This document shows positions 9,959-20,060 of a DNA stretch of 64,000 nt, one piece after another (position 1 is the first letter of the stretch; the number at the start of each line of letters is the position of its first letter). The notes under the pieces were generated by a model. That model did no database searches, was not told where the DNA came from, and saw nothing but the letters and a program-made list of their open reading frames with translations. The DNA comes from Bacilli bacterium. GTDB taxonomy: Bacteria > Bacillota_I > Bacilli_A > RF39 > UBA660. The DNA is taken from the NCBI GenBank assembly GCA_017522615.1, contig JAFWYR010000006.1, forward strand, positions 2,866 through 66,865, written 5' to 3'. A program made the translations under genes and the position numbers.

Positions 9959-11167
9959 ATGAAAAGAAGTATAATAGTATTTGCTATAGTATTAATTAGT
10001 TTCATAACATTTAATGTAAAAGCTTTAGAATTAGATATCAATTCAAAAAATGCTATTCTTTATAATTTAGATAATAATGAAATATTATATGAGAAAGATG
10101 ACGAAACTAAAATTCAAATAGCCTCATTAACTAAAATAATGACAGCTTTAGTTACATTAGATAAAGTAGATGATTTAGACAAACAAATAATCATCACATC
10201 AGAGGATCTAAAAGGATTATCAGAAGCTAATTTAGTAACAGCCGGATTTACAGTAGGTGAAGTTGTAACATATAGAGATTTGCTATATGGTTTATTACTT
10301 CCATCCGGAGCTGATGCTGCCAATGCCTTAGCTAGAAGTGTAGCTGGAAGCAATGAAGAATTTGTAAATTTAATGAATGAAAAAGCAAAAGAATTAAAAT
10401 TAAAAAACACTAACTTTTCAAATCCAATAGGTTTAGATGATGAAAACAATTATTCTACTGCTAAAGAGTTGTCAATAATATTTAATAAAGCTATAAAAAA
10501 CGAAACATTTAAAACTATTATTACGAGTAAAGAATATCAAACTTCCGATGGTAAACTAACATTAAAAAGCACCATTCAAAAAAACGCTAGTAGATATGGA
10601 ATAGAAGTACCATACATATTAGGAGGAAAAACAGGAACGACTGATGGAGCTGGATTATGTCTAGCTACTATAGCCACTTCTAATGATGTTAATTATCTAT
10701 TAGTAACCACCGGAGCCACATACGACAAAATAAGACCTCATAATATTGATGATGCCAAAATAATATATGATTATTTTATCCAAAATTATGGTAATCATAA
10801 AATAGTTGATAAAGAAAAGTCATATAAATCTTTAAAGACAAAATATTTAGAACAAGATGAAATAAAATTATATCCTAATGAAGATATAATAAAATATGTC
10901 CCAAACGAATATAATGAAAAAGATATTAAATACAAATATGATGGAGTAGAGGAAGTAAATATCTTTACCAAAAAGAAATTAGGAAAACTAAAAATTTATT
11001 ATAAAGATGAACTTTTAAAAGAAGAAGATGTATTATTAAAAATTAAATGTCATTTTAGTCTATCAAAATTCATAAAAGAAAATATATTATACATATCACT
11101 AGGATTTATCGCAATTATTTTAATTATCATATTCGTTACCAAAAAAAGAAAAAAGTCCTTAAGATAG
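9959..11167 (+). CDS. D-alanyl-D-alanine carboxypeptidase (S11 low-MW PBP) with C-terminal membrane anchor
   Basis: Signal peptide, SxxK (ASLTKIM), SGAD, KTG (GGKTGTT), C-terminal TM helix. Confidence 0.85.
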   Translation: MKRSIIVFAIVLISFITFNVKALELDINSKNAILYNLDNNEILYEKDDETKIQIASLTKIMTALVTLDKVDDLDKQIIITSEDLKGLSEANLVTAGFTVGEVVTYRDLLYGLLLPSGADAANALARSVAGSNEEFVNLMNEKAKELKLKNTNFSNPIGLDDENNYSTAKELSIIFNKAIKNETFKTIITSKEYQTSDGKLTLKSTIQKNASRYGIEVPYILGGKTGTTDGAGLCLATIATSNDVNYLLVTTGATYDKIRPHNIDDAKIIYDYFIQNYGNHKIVDKEKSYKSLKTKYLEQDEIKLYPNEDIIKYVPNEYNEKDIKYKYDGVEEVNIFTKKKLGKLKIYYKDELLKEEDVLLKIKCHFSLSKFIKENILYISLGFIAIILIIIFVTKKRKKSLR

Positions 11168-11172
11168 TAAAA

Positions 11173-11200
11173 AAATACTAGCCATTATAGGCTAGTATTT
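11173..11200. terminator. Bidirectional intrinsic terminator
   Basis: aaatactagcc-attata-ggctagtattt, an 11-bp stem between convergent genes. Confidence 0.75.
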
Positions 11201-12066
11201 TATTTATATAACTCATTTTTCATAAGTTCTAAGTTTTCTTTCATGATGCTAAAGTAGTCTTTCTTTTCGCTAATCTCAATTTCTGAAAGATTTTCTAGTG
11301 TATGCCATTTCTGTACTTGAACCCCATAGTTCGCCATCAAATTTTTAATAATAGAATTTTCTTCTTCGTTATTTTTTACAAAAATATATTTTACAGTACC
11401 TGCTCTTATCAATTTAATAACCTCATTTGTAGTAATTTGAATATCAGTATCACTTTCATCTAAAACATAAACTGTTAAACCATACTTTTCTAAAAACTTA
11501 AACATTTTATTTGAAGTTACTAACACATTCGTACTACCTTTAGAAACTATATCTTTTATTTCTGCATCTAAATTTGAGGCTTCAATCTTTAATTTGTTAT
11601 AATTCTCTTCAATTTTACTATTTAAATAATAACTATCTATATATTCGTTTAAACCAGCTTTAATATTTTGAGCCATCATAAGGAAATTAGAAGGATCTAA
11701 CCAGAGTTCACTCATATCATTAGTAAATTCCATGTATAAAGTAGTATCGATAATTTTTAGTTCCTTATTATTTTTCCTCATTTTATTTAAATAATCTTTT
11801 TCTTTACTAAGCCCATTAAAAATATATAAGTCAGCTTCACTAAAGTCTTTGATTTGTTTATCGGTAAGTGAATAATCATCTATATTAGCTCCATTAGGAT
11901 ATATACTTTGTATTTTAGAAAATTTTCCATAAATTCTTTTAGTGATATATTGTATAGGATAGTTAGTAGTATCTATTGTTATTCCTTCCATACTATCTCG
12001 TTTAATACATCCTGTCATCATAAATACTAAAGCAAGCATAATAATCAAACTAATCTTTCTTTTCAT
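11200..12066 (-). CDS. Metal (Zn/Mn-type) ABC transporter substrate-binding lipoprotein, no adjacent permease or ATPase
   Basis: Start moved to 12066 (GGAGG RBS). Lipobox MMTGC. Cluster-9 (ZnuA/TroA-like) layout by eye. Confidence 0.6.
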   Translation of the reverse strand: MKRKISLIIMLALVFMMTGCIKRDSMEGITIDTTNYPIQYITKRIYGKFSKIQSIYPNGANIDDYSLTDKQIKDFSEADLYIFNGLSKEKDYLNKMRKNNKELKIIDTTLYMEFTNDMSELWLDPSNFLMMAQNIKAGLNEYIDSYYLNSKIEENYNKLKIEASNLDAEIKDIVSKGSTNVLVTSNKMFKFLEKYGLTVYVLDESDTDIQITTNEVIKLIRAGTVKYIFVKNNEEENSIIKNLMANYGVQVQKWHTLENLSEIEISEKKDYFSIMKENLELMKNELYK

Positions 12067-12283
12067 TCTTTTCCTCCTTAATAACCGGATCATAACCATA
12101 TGTTCCAAATGGATTACACCTGATAATTCTTTTAACAGACATAATACTTCCTTTTAATGAACCATACTCAGTGATAGCTTCTATCGCATAATTGGAGCAA
12201 GTCGGAATATGTCTGCAACTATCGTGCCAAGGTCCCGGTATTTTTTGATATAATTTAATAATTCCAATTAACACTTTTTTCAT
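12050..12283 (-). CDS. yidD: Membrane protein insertion efficiency factor YidD
   Basis: 77 aa. [15 protein letters not shown]...GSLKG...RIIRCNPF motif. Confidence 0.9.
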   Translation of the reverse strand: MKKVLIGIIKLYQKIPGPWHDSCRHIPTCSNYAIEAITEYGSLKGSIMSVKRIIRCNPFGTYGYDPVIKEEKNEKKD

Positions 12284-12455
12284 ATAACATCTAACTTTAT
12301 TATACTATAAAAAACTTTAAAAAGTAAAATAAAATAAATAACTAAAAAATATAATTAAATTTTTTTACAGATGTATACAATATTTATAGATAATAAAAAC
12401 CTTTTACATAAACCACCATAAGTGATATAATCATATAGGAAGAGGGCGATATTAG

Positions 12456-13145
12456 ATGGAATTATTTGATAAATTAAATATAAAGCCGAATGATGCAAAT
12501 CTATTTGAAACAGCTTTTTGCCATACATCGTATGCCAACGAAAACAAGGAAGAAAGTTATGAAAGATTAGAATTCTTAGGCGATGCTGTTTTAGAATTAT
12601 TAATGAGTGATTATTTATATAATAGTAAAAATGCCAGTGAAGGAAAAATGACCAAAATAAGAGCTCATTATGTATGTGAAACCGCAAACTATGAATACTC
12701 AAAAAAAATTGGACTAGATAAATATCTAAAACTAGGGGTTGGAGAAGAAGAAAATGGTGGAAGACAAAATAAAGCAATTGTCTCAGATGTTTTTGAATCA
12801 TTTTTGGGAGCTTTATATTTAGATCAAGGAATAGAAGTAACAAGAGAGTTTTTTAATAAAAATATAATTCCTCTAATCGAAAATCATGAAGTAGATTTTT
12901 TTGATGATTATAAATCAGCCCTTCAAGAATTCGTTCAAACTGATAAAAAAAGTTTAGAATACAGATTAGTAGAGGAATCTGGACCGGCTCACAATAGACA
13001 TTTTAAAATTGAAGTTATTATTGACGATATAGTTTATGGAGTGGGTGAAGCTGGAAGTAAAAAATCTGCTGAACAAGAGGCAGCAAAAGACGCCTTATCA
13101 AAAGCACAGAAAGGAAGATTGAAATGGGAAGAGCTTATGAAGTAA
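12456..13145 (+). CDS. rnc: Ribonuclease III
   Basis: ERLEFLGDAVLELLMSDYLY signature and C-terminal dsRBD (GPAHNRHFKIEV...GSKKSAEQEAAKDAL). Confidence 0.95.
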   Translation: MELFDKLNIKPNDANLFETAFCHTSYANENKEESYERLEFLGDAVLELLMSDYLYNSKNASEGKMTKIRAHYVCETANYEYSKKIGLDKYLKLGVGEEENGGRQNKAIVSDVFESFLGALYLDQGIEVTREFFNKNIIPLIENHEVDFFDDYKSALQEFVQTDKKSLEYRLVEESGPAHNRHFKIEVIIDDIVYGVGEAGSKKSAEQEAAKDALSKAQKGRLKWEELMK

Positions 13146-13846
13146 GAAAAGCAAGTATTCAAAAGACAGGAGCTGCAAAAGCAAAAATTTATTCGATGTA
13201 TGCGAGAGAGATATATCAAGCTGCTAAAAACGGTGGAACTGAGATAGAAGGAAATCCTTCTTTAAAAAGACTAGTAGAAAAAGCTAAAAAGGAACAAGTT
13301 CCAAATGATATAGTAAAAAGAGCTATCGACAAAGTAAATAGTGGAGCTGATGAAACATATACTCAAGCAAATTATGAAATATTTGGTCCAAGCGGTTCGA
13401 CAGCTATAGCGGTATGTTTAACTGATAATGTCAACAGATCAGTAAGTAGCGTAAGAGCAGTAATTAACAAATGTCATGTTAAAATGGGAGCTCAAGGTAG
13501 TGTTAGTTATATGTATGATCACCTATCTATTGTAAGTTTTAAAGGCTTAGACGAAGAAGAAACCTTAGAACTTCTTATCGAAGAAGGAATAGATGTAACT
13601 GATATTGAAAAAGATGGTGAAGAAACCGTAGTATACGGAGAGCCAAATGACTTATATAAAATAAAAGAAGCTATATCTAAAAAATTACCAGGTATCGAAT
13701 TTGATATGGATGAAATAACGATGATTCCAAAAGAAAAAGTTACTTTAACTGGTGAAGATTTAGATACATTTAAGAGGATGTTAAGCTTGCTTGATGAAGT
13801 AGAAGATGTTCAAACAGTATATCATAATGTTGAACTAAGTGATTAA
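13124..13846 (+). CDS. YebC/PmpR-family (YeeN-type) transcriptional/translational regulator
   Basis: 240 aa. KIYSMYAREIYQAAKNGG, VPNDIVKRAIDK, GSVSYMYDH, VQTVYHNV. Confidence 0.9.
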   Translation: MGRAYEVRKASIQKTGAAKAKIYSMYAREIYQAAKNGGTEIEGNPSLKRLVEKAKKEQVPNDIVKRAIDKVNSGADETYTQANYEIFGPSGSTAIAVCLTDNVNRSVSSVRAVINKCHVKMGAQGSVSYMYDHLSIVSFKGLDEEETLELLIEEGIDVTDIEKDGEETVVYGEPNDLYKIKEAISKKLPGIEFDMDEITMIPKEKVTLTGEDLDTFKRMLSLLDEVEDVQTVYHNVELSD

Positions 13847-13848
13847 CG

Positions 13849-13869
13849 AAACCACGAAAGTGGTTTTTT
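13849..13869 (+). terminator. Intrinsic terminator
   Basis: aaaccac-gaaa-gtggttt followed by a T-run. Confidence 0.75.
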
Positions 13870-13879
13870 AAGTGTTGAT

Positions 13880-13907
13880 TTGACAAAAACTAAAATAATA
13901 GTATAAT
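13880..13907 (+). promoter_or_regulatory. Near-consensus sigma-A promoter (copy A of a repeated promoter module)
   Basis: TTGACA 13880-13885 and TATAAT 13902-13907. The 32-nt stretch is almost identical to 42281-42312. Confidence 0.55.
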
Positions 13908-13931
13908 AACGGCAAAAAAGGGAGGAAAATC

Positions 13932-14270
13932 ATGAAAATAACAGTTAAATCAAATGGAGAGTATAATACCAGAGTAGGCATAAATGTTAATGTGATAGAG
14001 TCATCAATGAAAAAACTATTAAAGAAAAAACCACATTTATGTGCTAGTTGTGGTTCAGTAGCATGCGGAGAAAACAGAAGCTTACAAAATGTTATTGTTA
14101 AAACTGGTATAAGAACATTAGACCGTGATTACATTTTTGAATGTTCTGGATATGAAAAAAGAGATGAATTTACACCATCAGTTCAAGAACAAGGAACAGA
14201 TAAAGTAGATTCTAGAGTATATAGAATAGCTCATCCTACAGTTAGAAGAGCAATTGACCATATTAAATAA
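13932..14270 (+). CDS. Hypothetical Cys-rich small protein
   Basis: 112 aa, good RBS (gggagg), own promoter and terminator (14284-14307). CASCGSVACGE ... FECSGYE. No family recognised. Confidence 0.5.
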   Translation: MKITVKSNGEYNTRVGINVNVIESSMKKLLKKKPHLCASCGSVACGENRSLQNVIVKTGIRTLDRDYIFECSGYEKRDEFTPSVQEQGTDKVDSRVYRIAHPTVRRAIDHIK

Positions 14271-14349
14271 TAGAAATTAAAATAAAGAGTTTAATAACTC
14301 TTTTTTCTTTGCCTAAAATATGATAGACTAATTATTAGAAGGTGAGAAA

Positions 14350-15621
14350 ATGGTCAAAAATCTTTTTCCGGCAGATACATATATTGTTAAAAATGCGACT
14401 ATTTTAAAAAAAGAAGATCAAGATATTCTTATGAAATTATATGAACCAGTAATAGGTTCTACTGCAGTAAGTTTATATTTTACTCTTTGGTCTAATTTGG
14501 ACACCATGGGAATTATTTCGACTGAACTCACTCACCATAATTTAATGGCTACTAAAAGATTAAAATTAGAAGATATTTTAGAAGCTAGAGAAAAATTAGA
14601 AGGAATAGGATTACTGAAAACATATGTGAAAGAGGGCAGTGTAAATAATTATATATATGAATTATATTCACCACTAGAACCTAAAGAATTTATCGAAAAT
14701 CCAATTCTATCTACAACTCTTCAAAGTAATATTGGCAAAAGAGCTTATAAATATTTATTAAAATATTATATAATTCCTAAAATAGATTTAAGTAGTTATA
14801 AAGAAATTACATCTAAATTTACCGATGTATTTGATGCTGTTAGTTCATATGAATTAAGTGAAATAGATGATATTAGAAGAGTTAAAAATCTAGATCTCGC
14901 AGTAGATGAAAAAATAGAATTAAATAGTATATTATCATCTATCCCATCAGAAATATTAAATCATCGAACTATTACCAACGAAGTAAAATCTCTTATATAT
15001 AAGTTATCATTTATATACAATTTAGATGAAGAGGAATTATCAGAACTTATTAGAAATTCAGTAGATGAAAAACGAATAATAGATAAAAACAAACTAAGAG
15101 AAAATTGTCATAATTATTACACGTTTGAAAACAAAAATTCCTCTCCTTCTGTAGTATATAAGAAAAACCCAGAATATCTGCGCAAAGCTGTAACAGGTAA
15201 TTCTAAAAAAGAGAAAATGATCTATACTTTCGAAAATGAAAGCCCATATGATTTTTTGTCTGGAAAAAATAGAGGAGTTAAACCCAGCAAAAATGATTTA
15301 AAAATAATAGAATCATTGATGATAGACTATGAGTTCCCTCAAGGTGTAGTCAATGTCTTAATAGATTATGTACTTAGAATAAATGATAATAAACTTACAA
15401 AAAACTTCGTTTTAGCAATTGCTAATCAATGGAAAAGAAATAATATTAAAACTGCTATAGAAGCTATGGAACTATGTAAAAAAGAAAATACAACTAAGAA
15501 AATAAATACTAAAAAGACAAAAACTACAAAAAAACCAGAGTGGTATGATAAATCAATAGAAATAGATGAAGCCACTAGTGAAGATATTCAAAAATTAGAT
15601 GACATGTTAAATAATTTATAG
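14350..15621 (+). CDS. Replication initiation/helicase-loading protein with DnaD/DnaB-type domains (B. subtilis DnaB-like, not the helicase)
   Basis: 423 aa directly upstream of dnaI. N-terminal winged-helix-like region and C-terminal DnaD-like repeat (FPQGVVNVLIDYVLRINDNKLTKNFVLAIANQWKRNNIKT). Confidence 0.8.
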   Translation: MVKNLFPADTYIVKNATILKKEDQDILMKLYEPVIGSTAVSLYFTLWSNLDTMGIISTELTHHNLMATKRLKLEDILEAREKLEGIGLLKTYVKEGSVNNYIYELYSPLEPKEFIENPILSTTLQSNIGKRAYKYLLKYYIIPKIDLSSYKEITSKFTDVFDAVSSYELSEIDDIRRVKNLDLAVDEKIELNSILSSIPSEILNHRTITNEVKSLIYKLSFIYNLDEEELSELIRNSVDEKRIIDKNKLRENCHNYYTFENKNSSPSVVYKKNPEYLRKAVTGNSKKEKMIYTFENESPYDFLSGKNRGVKPSKNDLKIIESLMIDYEFPQGVVNVLIDYVLRINDNKLTKNFVLAIANQWKRNNIKTAIEAMELCKKENTTKKINTKKTKTTKKPEWYDKSIEIDEATSEDIQKLDDMLNNL

Positions 15622-15631
15622 GAGGTAAAAA

Positions 15632-16555
15632 ATGAAGAAATTAAATACGCATCTTAAAATTGATTCAAATTTAGAAGACACATTAGATGATGCTTACGAA
15701 GAAGCTTTAAAAAATGATGAATTTAAAGCCTTTGTCTCAAAAATAAAATTAAAAAGAGAAAAACTAAAAAAATACACCTCACTATTGGAAGAAAGCTCAA
15801 AAGAATATCACAATTGTAAAAATTGTAAAAATCTTTTAGAATGTAAAAACAAAATAGAAGGATATGCATATCTACCTATTATAACTGGTAACGAATTAGA
15901 ATTTACATATAAAGCATGCAAATATAAAAAGAAAATGGATAAAGAAAATGAGTACCATAAAAACACTTTACTATATAATGTTCCAGATGAAATCAAAAAC
16001 GCTAGTATGAAAAAGATATACAAGTCAGATAAAAAACGCTACAGCACAATTGCTTGGCTTGTAAACTTTATTAAAACATATAATGAAAACCCACATCAAA
16101 AAGGATTATATTTATATGGGAATTTTGGCTCAGGTAAAACTTATCTTATTTCAGCTGCTTTTAATGAGCTTGCCAAAGAAGGCATTAAAAGTGCCATTGT
16201 CTTTTGGCCAGAATTTTTAAATGATTTAAAAGCAACCTTTAACTCACCTGTAAAAACAGAATTTGAAACTAAATATAATTCAGTTAGAAAAGCTCCTATT
16301 TTACTAATTGATGATATTGGGGCAGAATCAGTTACTTCGTGGTCAAGAGATGATATATTGTGTCCAATCCTTCAGTACCGAATGGATAATAAACTTCCAA
16401 CATTTTTCACATCAAATCTTGATTTAAAATCACTTGAACAAAGAATCGCCCTTACAAATAAAGGTGATGAAATAGTAAGTGCTGGAAGAATAATATCAAG
16501 AATTAATCAGCTTACAGAATATCAAGAATTAATAAGTAAGAATTTGAGGAAATAA
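15632..16555 (+). CDS. dnaI: Primosomal helicase loader DnaI
   Basis: N-terminal Zn-binding Cys cluster (CKNCKNLLEC), AAA+ Walker A GNFGSGKTYL, Walker B LLIDDIG. Confidence 0.9.
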   Translation: MKKLNTHLKIDSNLEDTLDDAYEEALKNDEFKAFVSKIKLKREKLKKYTSLLEESSKEYHNCKNCKNLLECKNKIEGYAYLPIITGNELEFTYKACKYKKKMDKENEYHKNTLLYNVPDEIKNASMKKIYKSDKKRYSTIAWLVNFIKTYNENPHQKGLYLYGNFGSGKTYLISAAFNELAKEGIKSAIVFWPEFLNDLKATFNSPVKTEFETKYNSVRKAPILLIDDIGAESVTSWSRDDILCPILQYRMDNKLPTFFTSNLDLKSLEQRIALTNKGDEIVSAGRIISRINQLTEYQELISKNLRK

Positions 16556-16557
16556 AT

Positions 16558-17067
16558 ATGGAATTATTAGATTTATATGATAAAAATAAAAGATTAACTG
16601 GAAAAGTAATAAAAAGAGAAAAAGGAATGATTATTGAAGAAGGGTTATATATAAATGTAGTATTAATATTTATCCAAAATAGTAGTGGTAAATTTTTACT
16701 TCAACTAACATCCAAAGAAAAAGGTAGTGTAATCGCCACAACCGGAGGACATGTAAAACATGGACAAACAAGCTATGAAGCTATTATAGCCGAAGTAAAA
16801 GAAGAAATAGGAATCGATATTCAAAAAGAAGAAGTAAAACATATTAAAAGTGAAATATTTAATAAAGTAATATTCGACATATATTATTTAGAAAAAAATA
16901 TAGATATAAATAAATTAATCCTTCAAGCCGAAGAAGTTGAATCTGTTATGTGGCTAAGTGCAGAAGAAATAGAAAAACTAATAAATGAAGATAAAGTAAG
17001 AAAAAGCAATATAAAACCATTTAGAGATGTACTCGAATATCTTAAACAAGAGAGGGGATTAGATTGA
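16558..17067 (+). CDS. NUDIX hydrolase
   Basis: Nudix-box-like GGHVKHGQTSYEAIIAEVKEEIGI. Confidence 0.75.
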   Translation: MELLDLYDKNKRLTGKVIKREKGMIIEEGLYINVVLIFIQNSSGKFLLQLTSKEKGSVIATTGGHVKHGQTSYEAIIAEVKEEIGIDIQKEEVKHIKSEIFNKVIFDIYYLEKNIDINKLILQAEEVESVMWLSAEEIEKLINEDKVRKSNIKPFRDVLEYLKQERGLD

Positions 17068-17672
17068 TAGAAATAAACACTCAAAGCAGTATAAAAATAG
17101 ATAATATATATTTTGATCCTTTTAAAATAGAAAAAGAATCACATGACGCTAATTTAATATTTATAACTCATGCTCACTACGATCACTTTGATCTAGACAG
17201 TATAGAAAAGATAGCTAAAGATGATACAATCATAATAACGCCTGACGACGAAGAGATAACTAAGTATTTAAATGGCTACGAAGTGTTTAAAGTACTGCCT
17301 AATCAAGAATATCAAGTAAGAGACATTACTTTTAAAACAGTACCAGCCTATAACACAAATAAGCCCTTCCACAAAAAAGAATACGGATGGGTAGGCTATG
17401 TACTACATTTAGATCAAATATATTATATTATGGGTGATACTGATGATACAGTTGAAGCTAGAAATATAAAATGTGATTACTTATTTATCCCAATTGGTGG
17501 TACTTATACAATGAATTATGAAGAGGCAGCTATTTTTACCAATGATACAAAACCTAAAACAGTGACTCCAATTCACTATGGCAGTATAGTTGGAGAAAAA
17601 GACAATGGAATAAAATTTAAAAAATTAATCGATAAAAGAATCAAAGTTGAAATTTTATTAAATAATGTTTAA
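17064..17672 (+). CDS. MBL-fold metallo-hydrolase
   Basis: HxHxDH motif (THAHYDHFD). 202 aa. Confidence 0.8.
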   Translation: MIEINTQSSIKIDNIYFDPFKIEKESHDANLIFITHAHYDHFDLDSIEKIAKDDTIIITPDDEEITKYLNGYEVFKVLPNQEYQVRDITFKTVPAYNTNKPFHKKEYGWVGYVLHLDQIYYIMGDTDDTVEARNIKCDYLFIPIGGTYTMNYEEAAIFTNDTKPKTVTPIHYGSIVGEKDNGIKFKKLIDKRIKVEILLNNV

Positions 17673-17709
17673 AAAAAACAAATAATGTGATACAATATTG
17701 TCAATAGCT

Positions 17710-17904
17710 TTGAAAGAGGACAAAACTGTTAAGAAGTATTTTAAAGAGAGTTTGGAAAATGGTGTGACCCAAATAAACAACCTTAATAGCTACTACCTCT
17801 GAGCTGACATAATAGTCCGGTAATTCCGTTATCATAATGAAGTTATAAATGAGGATGGTACCGCGCATAAAGCGCTCCTTGCTTTTAGAAGCAGGGAGTT
17901 TTTT
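17710..17904 (+). promoter_or_regulatory. T-box riboswitch leader, threonine specificity
   Basis: Promoter -10 tacaat at 17691-17696. AGAGA-type box at 17743-17750. Thr codons ACU-ACC at 17792-17797 (and ACC at 17767-17769). T-box motif aaatgaggatggtaccgcg at 17847-17865. Terminator ctccttgct/agcagggag plus T6 at 17875-17904. Confidence 0.85.
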
Positions 17905-17926
17905 AATTATTAGGGGGAATGGTTAA

Positions 17927-18319
17927 ATGACAAAGAAAGAATTAAAAAGATGCTCATCTATGAGTATGAATCATTTTTTGAGAACGTATTATGGATTAAG
18001 TGATGATTTAGCTGAAAAACTATCTATGCATTCGCACAAATCTTTAAGAGAAGTTGCTAAATTATATGAAATACCACTAAAAAAAATAGGTTTCCAAGAT
18101 GTCACTAGAGAAATGATAGCTGTAGGAGATGTGTTACTAATAATGGATCATTTTGGTAATCCCGCACCATATGTTAACCCATATGCGATTTTAGAAGACG
18201 AATACGAAACTACCATGGATGAAAGGTATATTTCATACGAAGTATATGATTTAAATGAAGGAGAAGATGATTATGATAAATATCAAGGAAGACAAAAAGT
18301 TAAACACTTTAAACCATAG
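17927..18319 (+). CDS. Hypothetical 130-aa protein between the T-box and thrS
   Basis: Good RBS (aggggga). Acidic C-terminal half. Overlaps the thrS start in a different frame. No family recognised. Confidence 0.5.
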   Translation: MTKKELKRCSSMSMNHFLRTYYGLSDDLAEKLSMHSHKSLREVAKLYEIPLKKIGFQDVTREMIAVGDVLLIMDHFGNPAPYVNPYAILEDEYETTMDERYISYEVYDLNEGEDDYDKYQGRQKVKHFKP

Positions 18320-20033
18320 TTGTGCCCATTTACTCGCACAAGCTGTAAAACACTTATACAAAGACGCAAAATTTTGGGTAGGTCCTGTAATTACTGAAGG
18401 TTTTTATTATGACATCGATTTAGGTGATAAAAAAATATCAGAAGAAGATTTAGAAAAAATCTCAAAAGAAATGAAAAAAATAGCCAAAGATGGAAAGAGA
18501 ATATATCGAGAAGAAATATCTAGAGAAGATGCCTTAGAACGTTTTAAAGATAATCCTTATAAAATAGATATTATTGAAAATTTACCTAAAGATGAGATAA
18601 TTAGTTGTTATACACAAGGAGATTTCACAGATTTATGTAGAGGGCCACACGTCGACACAGTTAAAAAATGTAAAAATTTTAAATTACTTAAAGTATCTGG
18701 CTCATATTATAAAGGTGATTCTAAAAACAAAGTTTTACAAAGAATATATGGAATTTGCTTTGAAAATAAAGAAGACTTAGAAAATCACTTAAAAGAATTA
18801 GAAGAAGCTAAAGAAAGAGATCACCGTAAAATTGGTAAAGAATTAGAAATATTTATGACATCAGATCTTGTAGGTAGAGGGCTTCCAATGTATCTACCAA
18901 ATGGGTATATTATATGGGAAGAATTGGAAAACTATATAAAAGACAAAGAGAAAAAATTAGGTTATACTCATGTATTAACTCCACCACTTGGTAATGTCGA
19001 ATTGTATAAAACATCAGGACATTGGGATCACTACAAAGAAAATATGTTCCCTAAAATGGAAGTAGATGGTGAAGAATTTGTCTTAAGACCTATGAACTGC
19101 CCACACCACATGATGATTTATTCCAATGCTATTCACTCGTATAGAGATTTACCTATAAGAATAGGTGAAATAGCAAGAGATTGTAGATATGAAACATCTG
19201 GTTCATTAAAAGGAATTGAAAGAACTCGTTCGTTCTGTCAAAACGATGCTCATCTCTTTGTAACGCCTGAGCAAATAGAATCAGAATTCAAAACAGTTGT
19301 CGATTTAATACTAGAGTGTTATAAAGAATTAAATATTAAAGATTTTAGATTTGAATTATCATTAAGAGATAAAGAAGATAAAGAAAAATATTATCCAGAT
19401 GATGAAATGTGGGATAATGCAGAAAACACCTTACGTAAAGTGTTAAATGAAATTGATATTGAATATACTGAAGCAATTGGTGAAGCTGCATTCTATGGAC
19501 CAAAATTAGATGTTCAAGTTAAACCAGCCGTTGGTAACGAATACTCTTTATCAACTTGTCAATTAGACTTCTGTTTACCTATGAAATTTAATTTAACATA
19601 CGTAGATAAAGATGGTTCTAAAAAAACACCAGTAGTTTTACACAGAGCTGTATTTGGTTCAATAGACCGCTTTATCGCATACTATTTAGAGGAAACCAAA
19701 GGAGCATTACCTCTATGGTTATCACCAAAACAAGTTAATATAATTCCAGTAAATAATGAATATCACCTAGAATATGCCAAAAAGATAGAAGAAAAACTAA
19801 GAAAACAAAACATTAGAGTATCTTTAGATTCTAGGGATGAAAAACTTTCGTATAAAATGAGAGAAAGCCAAATTAAAAAAATACCTTATACATTGATACT
19901 AGGGGATAAAGAAATGGAAGAGGGTAATATAAGTTACCGCCAGTATTCATCTAAAGAAACTACTAAGGTGAAAACTCAAGACTTTATCAAGAAAATAAAA
20001 AAAGAAATCGAAAAGAGAAAAACACAAGATTAA
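18273..20033 (+). CDS. thrS: Threonine--tRNA ligase lacking the N-terminal TGS domain
   Basis: Begins at the editing domain (NHSCAHLLAQAVKHLY). Class II motifs (FVLRPMNCPHH, RTRSFCQNDAHLF, GPKLD). Start chosen at 18273 for RBS spacing after gaaggag; 18255 and 18267 are alternatives. Confidence 0.93.
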   Translation: MINIKEDKKLNTLNHSCAHLLAQAVKHLYKDAKFWVGPVITEGFYYDIDLGDKKISEEDLEKISKEMKKIAKDGKRIYREEISREDALERFKDNPYKIDIIENLPKDEIISCYTQGDFTDLCRGPHVDTVKKCKNFKLLKVSGSYYKGDSKNKVLQRIYGICFENKEDLENHLKELEEAKERDHRKIGKELEIFMTSDLVGRGLPMYLPNGYIIWEELENYIKDKEKKLGYTHVLTPPLGNVELYKTSGHWDHYKENMFPKMEVDGEEFVLRPMNCPHHMMIYSNAIHSYRDLPIRIGEIARDCRYETSGSLKGIERTRSFCQNDAHLFVTPEQIESEFKTVVDLILECYKELNIKDFRFELSLRDKEDKEKYYPDDEMWDNAENTLRKVLNEIDIEYTEAIGEAAFYGPKLDVQVKPAVGNEYSLSTCQLDFCLPMKFNLTYVDKDGSKKTPVVLHRAVFGSIDRFIAYYLEETKGALPLWLSPKQVNIIPVNNEYHLEYAKKIEEKLRKQNIRVSLDSRDEKLSYKMRESQIKKIPYTLILGDKEMEEGNISYRQYSSKETTKVKTQDFIKKIKKEIEKRKTQD

Positions 20034-20060
20034 ATACTTGTGTTTTTATTATATTTTTTT

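Noticed and set aside
12355-12843. 162-aa minus-strand ORF overlapping rnc, plus the many other 60-120-aa antisense or alternate-frame ORFs in the track (e.g. 262-531, 2965-3213, 3564-3833, 6896-8602, 10114-10449, 22466-22807, 24503-24937, 25418-26197, 26804-27073, 36426-36719, 42594-42956, 55884-56249, 57941-58516).
   Set aside because: Each lies entirely inside a well-supported gene on the other strand or frame. Their composition is low-complexity (L/F/I/S-rich), as expected from reading AT-rich coding DNA out of frame, and they lack RBSs.
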